From assembly GCF_006345805.1 (NCBI RefSeq), contig NC_043015.1, positions 20,832,001-20,896,000 of the forward strand: a stretch of 64,000 nucleotides of DNA, read 5' to 3'. The stretch is from Octopus sinensis. Taxonomy: Eukaryota. The translations under genes and the position numbers were made by a program. The number at the start of each line of letters is the position of its first letter. Within the stretch, counting starts at the first letter, position 1. Positions 54,603-64,000 of this stretch are shown piece by piece. Below the pieces are notes generated by a model that ran no database searches, was not told where the DNA came from, and saw nothing but the letters and a program-made list of their open reading frames with translations.

Positions 54603-57260
54603 CAGTAATAATAATAATAATAATAATAGATCAACTCAGACAATCGAATGAAAGTGATTTATTTTCATATATATTTACATAACGGTAGTGTGGAAGAAAA
54701 CGAGAGAAGTGACATTAATATTTTACATCCTCACTTAGAAATGTATCGACGTAGATACACGTAATTCTTTCGATAAAATATTTTTTTGTTACCATGATTA
54801 CCGCCATTTTTATTCATGGTCTCTTAATTTGAACATTATATTTTCCTAATCAAATATATTATAAAGCCTGAGAGGTCTAACATACATTTTTAACTATATT
54901 ATTGTTTTTACTATATTATTGTTTTTATCATAGCTATACTGTGAACGCATCCTCCTCAATGACATCCCGTAACGTTTCAATCCGGTTCATATAGACCTAT
55001 CATTAATGGCATTCCATTCATAAACAACCCATAATTTTCTTGTATATTAATAGTCTAGCTTAATTAAGTAAATTGTTATTTACTTAGAAATGGCTACGCA
55101 TTATTTGTGGGATATATGTCTGGTGTTTGAAACTAATCGAGCACCATCACAGTGTCGCATTTGTTTGACAAGACAGGACTGCGTTAGCATCTTGGTTTAC
55201 ATATTTTCGAGCAGCTTTATATAATCTTTTCTAAGTATTTTGTATATTTTCTGTTCCATTCTCAGCAACTGTTTTCAAGAGCCCTTCGTGAAGATCCTAG
55301 CTCCATTGCTGCTTCTCTTTTCCCAGGACTGACAGAAAGTTGTTATGCTGGAACTCACTTGCTAAACTTGTATATATAACACCTGATGAAAATCATGTTC
55401 ACTGCCCCATATATATGCATCAAAAGTGTGACATTTGAAGTATACATGCTGCTGAAACTATGTCGTATTGGGCGTTTAATTCTCTAATTTACGCACGCAT
55501 GCGTGTGCACTCACACACACAAACGAGACCAAGATATTCAGTCGTTTCAAAAATTTGCGCAAAATAGTTTAAAACATAAGGGTTTCTTCTAATTATATTT
55601 CTGTGGAAATCTGAATTCCTAACTGAAATTTGATAAAAAAAATCCTCCGCCCCCACTACACACAAAATATTGTTGTTTGTTTTCCTTATTTCTTCATAGA
55701 ATTTATTTCTTCCTTCACATCAATTACATTCCTTTACTTGAAATTGTGCTAAAAAAAATATTGGATGCAAACCCATTTTTCATTAAGTTTAGCTATAATA
55801 TTTTCTACCTTTTCTTTTATTTATGTCAAAAAGAAAAAAAAACAAATAAAATAGAAAAAATGTAATTAGGTAATGCAGAATTTTCATTTTAAGTCTGACG
55901 ACTTCCTCTAAAGAAAGTAATCAAACATGATATTGCCAATAATACTTTGAGTTCTTCAGAAGTTCTGATGAACAAAATTAGACGTTCCATATTTCACTAA
56001 ACGCAAAATTGGAGAAAAGGACGTCAGAATAATTTCTATTGTACTCTCTTTCTTTCCCTATCTATCTCCCCTTCTCTCTGTGACCCGAGGCATTGAAGTT
56101 TTTCTTCTATTCATTCATTCTACCCCCTTATCATTCACCACGTACTCCAAAACACTAATTTTCTCACGCCATTTCTCCTTCCTGGTCGATCATTTTCTCA
56201 ACTCTCTCTCTCTTTCTCTCTCAATATCAATATTAACCCCATCCCTCCCTTAACTTCAAAGATTCCATGGCTTAATTCCCTCATAAACAAATGAGCAATA
56301 ATGCTTTTTCCTCACCGTTTGACACAACGCTATCGTCTGAGACTTTAAATAATCCCTTTATCTATGCAAATGTTTTTATTGGACGAACACTCACATGAAA
56401 TAACCGTTATAAAGGCCGACGCCATCATCAGTGTGTCTCTCTGTATTCCAAATACTACCCAAACATAAAATATATTAAGGGATTAAGCAAAACGGAGTCA
56501 GCAAATAAAATCTCACGGATTCTGAAACTCTAGATTTAACAATGCAAAAAAATTTTCTTCCCTCCTACCCCAAGAAGACAACGAGGTTCTAAGAACAGAC
56601 AGGTTTTTGAAATGTATCGCACCATAACATTGATGTGGAGGACTTATGGCTCAATAAATTATCCCTCTAGTAACGGTGTATTTCTGTGATAAATATTTAG
56701 GAAATAGCCCCTACCGCTAAGCTGTAAAGTATTTATAACAGATAATTATGAATTGCCATTTTGGTTTATGCAGTATGACTGCCGGTAAGTTCTCCTGATG
56801 AAACAATTCTATAATGGAATTCAGATTTATATAAATCTAAGAAAATCCAAATCTTCCGGGCTTTTGCAGACTATCAGATATTTTCCTTCTGTGCACATTA
56901 ATTATAAATGATATTTATGTAATTATTTAGCCCAATTAGCCAAATTAATAACAATTAGACGCAATTAGCAAGCCAGAGATCAATATTTACACAATTTGAA
57001 GGCTTTCCTTATTTTATAAATACGTTAAAATATCAATTATTGTTAGATATAATTATATTGTATTTTTTATCATTTAGATTATTATTTCTATTTACAGAAT
57101 ATCATTTTGCATCTTGGCTAAATTCATTCCAATGTCACATGTTCACTGTCAGCAATACTTTCTTTTGACTTCTACGGTAACCCTTATATTTGGATATCAC
57201 GAGAGTTATTGCAGAATATATTAGTTAAGCTTTATGGAAACACAAAATTATACTCTATAT

Positions 57261-57505
57261 CAGTGGTTCCCAAACATTTTAGGACTGCTATCCACTTGGC
57301 ATTCTGTCCACTTTCATAGCGCCCCCTCAACTCAACACCACAAACACAGACCAGTTCATGCAGCAAATTCAAGACAACAGTATTTCACAAATAATACTTA
57401 ACCTAATTATGTTTTTTTTTTTTACACCCATCGCCTTCTTTTGGTCACCCCCAACTCTTTTCACTGCCCCCAGGGAAGCTGTACTTTCCACTTTGGGTGC
57501 CGCTG
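57261..57505. mobile_element. hAT (Charlie-type) MITE with 8-bp TSD
   Basis: TIRs cagtggttcccaaa / tttgggtgccgctg; flanks ctctatat and ttctatat (7 of 8 match, NTCTANAN-type target). Confidence 0.82.
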
Positions 57506-58181
57506 TTCTATATCCTTATTTTAAGAGAGATGGTGTGATTATTTTGTGATGACAGATCATCTGGTTGTATTTGTAAGAAGTTCCTTTTTAGAGAGGTACA
57601 TTATTTTTGTCGTCTAGTCCAGCATCAGTGCTGATCGATGAAACCTCCGATCAGAGTCATTTAACAAATAAGCACCAACTTATTTATATTTCATGGATTT
57701 AGGAATCTGGCATAATATAATACAATCCATTTACGTAAAAATAAATAAACAACCGGTAGTGACTAGAGAGAAATTCTAGTAGGTTCAGTGACAAGAATGA
57801 AGCTCCCTCTAAGTTTAAAGAGAAATTAATAACGCCATTCTTTTATGTGTGAACCAGATCAACATAAGCCGACCGGTTCTGCATTTTAGCAAGCTTTGGA
57901 AAATGAAAGGAAATAATGAGTTGGTGCCGGATGTATTTGAATTGGCAATGCACAGGGCTGTAATTATAATCTATACACCAGCCAGATCGACGTTCTTAGG
58001 AAATGGTTTCGTTGATAAAGTCTAGGTGAGTTGTGAAAATAAAACAAATCTCAATTTTAAACAATATAGGGTTGTGAAATATATTTGAAATATGATGAAT
58101 TTAAATTTGCGAGATATTGACTCGTGACACGATAGTTGTTCAGTGTTTAAAAGTTCTGTGAGGGCTTTCTAACAAAACATG

Positions 58182-58396
58182 CAAGGGTGGTGAACATTTC
58201 CTGGCTTTAAGGGTATCACGAAAGGCCTGGGTGGAGGCCCAACCTTCCGAGTTATTTTACAGGAATTAGGGAAACTGAGGGACTGCTGCAATATGTGTGT
58301 GAATCTGAGAGGGTAACATGTTGAATGAAATCATAATTAACGCATCCTCTTGTATTTAATTTTACCCCAAACTAGGAAGTTTTCTGTACTCTTTCG
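58182..58396 (+). mobile_element. Mariner-derived MITE (same family as 5645-5854) retaining the transposase C-terminus
   Basis: Encodes ELGKLRDCCNMCVNLRG*HVE*, resembling the mariner end ..KCVELxGEYVE*; ends tttcg|TA. Confidence 0.72.
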
Positions 58397-58659
58397 TAAT
58401 AAGTGGATAGGGAAAAGTTTTCGTAAAAAGCGAATCAGTAACGTGAAAAGTATGCTGAGCTCTGATCAAGAGATTCTATGAATTTACCATAAGAGCATAG
58501 CGTACCCCAAATGCATTTACTAAGATTCGTAGAATGACATTTGCTTCTAAACTTAAAAGAAGAAGAATAATTAAGTAATCTATGTATCAAAATTGTAATA
58601 GCACGTGTGATCTTCTGCAATTACCCCTCAATGATAGACTATATTCTTCGTTAAACACT

Positions 58660-58962
58660 AATTTAGTTAGGGAGAGATAATTCTGTTTTTAAAATTGCAA
58701 GGGCGTTTATTGACTCGTTTGTAGTGCTCATAGTTAAATAAATTAGTACTAATTCTACTCCCAGAATTTAGCATTGAACCAACATAATTAGCAGTATAAT
58801 ATCAATATTATTACTATGTGTTATCTTAAAGGTACTATCACTTAATACTTCAAAAACTAGTTCAGGAAAATTTAGGCTACCGGTTCTACTCATGTCTCCT
58901 AACTTTGAGTTGAGATGTTGTCTAATTTTACATTTGTTATGTGCTGCAATAATTTCATCCAA
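58660..58962 (-). pseudogene. Possible hAT transposase C-terminal (dimerisation-domain) relic
   Basis: Fragments SKLGDMSRTGSLNFPEL..ITHSN and ESINALAILK resemble W..L....G..KFP.L....PHSNA....TINAL. Confidence 0.3.
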
Positions 58963-59053
58963 ATTTCTGGTGGTTGAACAGGAAAATTTTACTCTATGGC
59001 GATTAAATAATTAAATAATTGATCGAGTGCAACAATTTTTGAGAAATATTAGT

Positions 59054-59094
<41 letters not shown>

Positions 59095-59350
59095 ACACAC
59101 ACACACACACGCATATACAAGCAAGCCAGTTAACACTCACACAAACATTTAGATATTGTATAATTACTTACTGGAGGCAATTTGTATTAGTTAATCAGCG
59201 CACTGTGAAAAACTACACAGCTCATTAGAGATCTATATGGCTACTATTTACGTCACTATTTGTCACAGACATCGTCAAGTAGTAGAATATCTACTACCAA
59301 CTCAAAATAGCAACAATAATAATGTATTCAATATTTCACTTATAGAATAG

Positions 59351-59550
59351 GAGGCGAGTTGGTAGAATTCTTTGCACGCCGGGAAAAATGCCTTGCGCCA
59401 TTTCGTCCGTCTTTATGTTCTGAATTCAAATAACGACGACTTTGCCTTTCATTTTTCGAAAAGATAAGTACCAGTGTAGTGTTGAGGGTCGATGTAATCG
59501 ATTTACCCCCGACCCTGTCGAATTGCGGGCCTTGTAGCAAAATTTGAACC
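59351..59550 (+). mobile_element. SINE family B (rare plus orientation)
   Basis: ggcgagttggtagaattc..gcacgccggg..ttctgaattcaaat..gactttgcctttcat. Confidence 0.82.
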
Positions 59551-59651
59551 AATGTTTCATTCATAGTTAACCGCCTTTTTTAAAAACTTGTTCTCACTAG
59601 GAGAAATATAATCGGGCTTGAGGAGAAAAAGATTTCAGATTAACAGTTTTT

Positions 59652-60017
59652 ATCCTTTACTGGTTTCAGTCATTAGACTACAGCCATGCTGGAGCACCGC
59701 CTTGAAGTTTTAGTCGAATGAATCGAACAAGAGTACTCATTTGTTTTTAGCCTGGTACTTTTGCCGAACCGCTAAGTTATGGGGACGTAAACATACTAAC
59801 ACCGGTTGTTAATCATTGATGGAGGTGGGACTAACACAGTCAAAGTGACACACAGACACACACGCACACATATATATGCGACAGGCTTTTTTCAGTTTCC
59901 GTCTACCGAATCCACTCAATGGGTTTTGGTCGCCCCTAGGCTATAGTAGAAGATGCCAAGCTGTGGGACTGAACCTGGAACCATGTGTTTGTAGAGCAAG
60001 CTTCTTACTACTCAGCC
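59652..60017 (-). mobile_element. SINE family A
   Basis: tttcagtcattagactacagccatgctggagcaccgcc..tgggactgaacctggaaccatg. Confidence 0.85.
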
Positions 60018-60529
60018 AAAGAAGAAAAAGGGTAAAAGGTGAAAATCACACCAAAAATAAGAAGATATTGTGAAGTCTTTGGTTTACCTCCAGGAATTAT
60101 GAGACTGAAACTCTTGGTTAATCCGTATTCTCTCGACTTAGAATTATAAAGGACCACATCGACTTCTTTTAATAAGAACTCCGAATTTAAAGGGGTTTAA
60201 CTGAAATAATACTATATATTTACGTAGCTTTCTACTCTGACTCCTCTGATTGCTATTATCAGCTGATCAGCCCGTCATGTATGGGACCCCTCGTTGGCTC
60301 ACAGAAACAGTGGCGTGCGTCAAAACAGTCATTTTTCACTCAAATAGTAACCTAGTTCCGTTGGAAGACTGGACAGTTAGGGAAATATGGTATTGGAAGG
60401 TGCAATCACGGCTTTAATTCCTATGATGGTAGATCATCTGAATATGGCAGGAATTTAGTTTAAACAACGGCATCAACAACAACAAAAACAACAGCATAGA
60501 TTATGTTCATATTTTCCTCCACCCCTTCT

Positions 60530-60633
60530 TTTTCTTCTTCTTCTTCTTCTTTTTCTTCTTCTTCTTCTTCTTCTTCTTCTTCTTCTTCTTCATCATCATC
60601 ATCATTATCGTCATCATCATAATCATCATCATC
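60530..60633. repeat. (TTC)n(ATC)n
   Basis: Directly visible. Confidence 0.95.
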
Positions 60634-60809
60634 ACAGAATCATGGTTAACAATTATGGTTCTGTGTTTTTATTTTTACCCTCCTGCCTATCATTGAATTA
60701 ATGATACGTTTTCTTTTATACGATTATTGTACGACATTTTGGAATGTGGGTTGGCAACTTCGCTTCTGCTTTTGCTTTTCATAAACATCAAAGAGTAAAA
60801 AAACCTCTC

Positions 60810-60851
<42 letters not shown>

Positions 60852-61083
60852 TCTCTCTCACACACGCACACACACACACACACACAAACACACATATATT
60901 TTTTTCCCTCTGTGTGTTATCATTGTCTTTGCAATTATATCGAATTAGATTGGCGTCAGATAGAGTTCTGCAGCTTCAGATGCTTTGAGAATAATTTGGC
61001 ATCCAATAAAATGGAATGTGTTACATAAATTGAGAAGTAATGTCTATTGCACAATCGGATTTTCCACTATTTATATTTCAATA

Positions 61084-61086
<3 letters not shown>

Positions 61087-61156
<70 letters not shown>

Positions 61157-61227
61157 TATGTATTTATATATATAATTATATATATTTATATTTATACATG
61201 TATATATTTAAATATATATATATTTAT

Positions 61228-61276
<49 letters not shown>

Positions 61277-61326
61277 TCTTAAATATGTATATAATATACA
61301 CATATGTATATATATATATTCTTAAA

Positions 61327-61371
<45 letters not shown>

Positions 61372-61552
61372 ATATATATATAAATGCTTGTGTGTGAGTG
61401 TATGTATGTTTTTATGTATATGTATATGTGTGTATATGTATATGTATGTATAAGTATATACAAGTAAGCATAGCTTTATAAACGTATAGATACACTCATA
61501 CGTACATACTCAGACATACATATATAAAGATGCATATATATGTATGCATATG

Positions 61553-61610
<58 letters not shown>
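61087..61610. repeat. Extended (TA)n-rich low-complexity region
   Basis: Directly visible. Confidence 0.9.
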
Positions 61611-61628
<18 letters not shown>

Positions 61629-62059
61629 ACATATATACGTGCGCGCACACATGCATAAATAGAAATATATTAAAAATATATGTATGCCTAGTTCTATACA
61701 CATATAGAGATACACATGTTCACATCTATGTATGTATACATACATACATACATACATACATGCATACAAATACATACATACGCATGCACACCTAATTACA
61801 ATTCTCTCAATAATGTATAATATACATGACTATACTTATTATTGGGACTATTGTAAATTTCCATTTCACATTGATCTGTAGCTGTTTCCTGGCTGGGAAT
61901 GCCTGTCTTTACCAGCCTCAAATTAAACTCAATTTTATGCGGAATATTTCAGTATTCATTACTCACAATAAAATTGTTGCTGTACAAACCTATTGAATTC
62001 TCTTTTTCTATGAGATAAATATACTTAGTACACACACACACGCTCACGCAGCAAGCGGT

Positions 62060-62240
62060 GAACGTATAATCGAGAAACCTTTGTTCTTTTCTCCCCCTTT
62101 TTCTCTTCTTATCTCCCCTTTCCGTAGAAAAGCGTATGCTGGAAACGTTAAGCACTTCCTTCTTTCCAAGACAACATAATACACCCATTTATTTTTTTTT
62201 TACCTCGTCTTCCTGTTTATTTTTTTATATCTTTATTCTT
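62060..62240 (+). mobile_element. Diverged second copy of the 5912-6123 element
   Basis: ctttccgtagaaaagcgtatgctggaaacgttaagcactt vs ctttctgttgaagagcgtaggctcgaaacgttaaagactt. Confidence 0.65.
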
Positions 62241-62267
62241 TATATATATACATATTTATTTTATCCA

Positions 62268-62770
62268 TCATTTCAGTCATTTTGACTGCGGCCATGCCGG
62301 AGCACAATCTTTAAGGGTTTCGGTCGAAGAATTCGACCCCAGGAATTATTCTATATGTGCTTAGTACTTATCCTATCGGTACCTTTTGCCGAACCGCTAA
62401 ATAACGGTGGACATAAACATACCAGTATCGGTTGTCAAGCGATGTCGTGGTGGTGGTGAAAGTGGGGGGACAGACACAAACACATACTTACATAATTATA
62501 TACACATATATATTATGTCATATGTAACCAAACATACGTTTGTTTTCGAAGTGTTGAAATGTATTGTAAAACAAATAAAAATATAACTTTTGTTTTTCAA
62601 CACGTAAATACTTAACAATCTATATAAAGGATAAAATACTTTTAAGAGCAGAAAAATTTGTCGGCAAATTTTTCTGCTCTTAAAAATATTTTATCCTTTA
62701 TATAGATTGTTAAGTATTTTTGAAAAAATAAGTTGGGAAGCAAGCTTCATACCACACTGACACACTTGCG
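62268..62770 (-). mobile_element. SINE family A (3' half 62268-62482; head remnant 62731-62770) interrupted by a foldback element
   Basis: tttcagtcattttgactgcggccatgccggagcac.. and gttgggaagcaagcttcataccacac. Confidence 0.75.
62606..62719. mobile_element. Near-perfect 55-bp-arm palindrome, same family as 19701-19933
   Basis: aaatacttaacaatctatataaaggataaaatacttttaagagcagaaaaatttg-tcgg-reverse complement (one mismatch). Confidence 0.88.
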
Positions 62771-62853
62771 TGTATATATATATATAAACTGACAGTAACT
62801 CATATATCCGAAAATGAAGCACAGATTAAAGAAGTAGAGCAGTAAATTACGTT

Positions 62854-62996
62854 TTAGGAAGCTAAATGTTATGGTCAGTCATAGTGACCACTGGTCTCGT
62901 ACCTATAAAGCACTTAGCAGTCTAGTCTGACGAGTCGCCTATACTGATCAGCACTTACCTATGGTCGCTCTATGACCGACCATAACTTTTAACTTC

Positions 62997-63000
<4 letters not shown>
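62854..63000. mobile_element. MITE with ~37-bp TIRs beside (TA)n
   Basis: ttaggaagctaaatgttatggtcagtcatagtgacca / tggtcgctctatgaccgaccataacttttaacttcctaa. Confidence 0.75.
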
Positions 63001-63057
<57 letters not shown>

Positions 63058-63189
63058 ATGTCGTCGTCAGGTGCGAGCGAGTATGTCCTCATTTTGTTAA
63101 TTGTTTTAAGTTCCTTTGTTTTTGCTTGCGAGGGAACATAGACGTAGCCTCACCCCTCCCACTCGAGGCTCACCATCAGCAGTTCACAA

Positions 63190-63329
63190 CGCATTTTCAT
63201 CTGAGTAGATTGGGCAATACGACAAAACATGCCTCGGTCAAGAGTACAAGACGCCGCCTGGCCCAGGACTCGAAGCCAAGAATTTATGATCGTTAGCCTG
63301 ACACCCTAACCACTAAGCCACGTATCTCT
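63190..63329 (-). mobile_element. tRNA-headed SINE family C, 5' part
   Basis: Minus strand gtggcttagtggttaggg (A-box), gcttcgagtcc (B-box), CORE-like cccaatctactcagatgaaaatg. Confidence 0.7.
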
Positions 63330-63406
63330 TACATATTCATCTATAGTATTGATTAATCTGATGTTTTTCGACGATAAACAATAATAAATATATATATATA
63401 TATATG

Positions 63407-63481
<75 letters not shown>

Positions 63482-63617
63482 GCATACATATGTATGAGTA
63501 TGCATATATATATTGCGCACTCAAGTACTCATATTGCGAGAGAGAGAGAGAGGGAGAAAGTGTGGGACAGGGTGAGGTGGCAGACGTGTATGCGTATGTG
63601 CGTGTGTGTCTGAGTGT

Positions 63618-63676
<59 letters not shown>
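63618..63676. repeat. (GA)n
   Basis: Directly visible. Confidence 0.95.
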
Positions 63677-63680
<4 letters not shown>

Positions 63681-64000
63681 AAAAGTGACTTAGGAAGTGA
63701 TAACGCAGTAAGCGAATATTTTGTTGAGATGAGAGAAATATGTATACATTTATGGATTGCAGAGGAAAAAAATATCTGTATCTATATTCTGCAGTGAATC
63801 AACATAGACACAATCCCAGACAAAAATCACACACATTTATGTGTCCATACATTCGCTCATAGACTAGGAATTACGGTGAAATGTGATCGTGCTAAACACA
63901 TTAGATTAGAGAATATATTAGGTTAAATAAACGACGATCAAGAACAAACGTAGTAATTTGTTTAGTGTTGGTTCTGTTGGTAAAGTTCAGTTTGTTTCAG

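Noticed and set aside
56385-56440. Minus-strand CUGAUGA followed by a ggc-gtcg-gcc hairpin and a caca/tgtg stem
   Set aside because: No GAAA after the hairpin; hammerhead core incomplete, could be chance.
62925-62945. ctgacga, plus other CUGANGA hits at ~15745, 16615, 23980, 38014 and 55965
   Set aside because: No correctly placed GAAA/NUH or stem I pairing.
63975-64000. Window ends in tttgtttcag, resembling a 3' splice site
   Set aside because: Common by chance in T-rich DNA; the downstream sequence is not visible.

Overview
AT-rich, microsatellite-saturated eukaryotic non-coding DNA (intronic or intergenic). It is most likely from an octopus, inferred from two very abundant tRNA-derived SINE families plus extreme (TA)n/(CA)n/(TATC)n density. 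No host protein-coding exon could be supported: the ORF track is almost entirely microsatellite or SINE read-through. The window holds roughly 35-40 SINE copies or fragments (strongly biased to the minus strand), several Tc1/mariner, pogo and hAT MITEs, two mariner transposase relics, an intact non-autonomous Helitron, foldback palindromes and a decayed L1/Tx1-like LINE. The most interesting signal is a set of type I hammerhead-ribozyme (HHR) motifs in short non-coding elements sitting in or beside (TA)n tracts. The best is a ~650-bp element (8933-9581) with ~95-bp direct repeats 493 bp apart, an inverted 5' segment, and a nearly complete HHR with an unusually long stem II. This architecture is retrozyme/Penelope-like. 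All pairings and counts were made by eye; boundaries of degenerate repeats are approximate.
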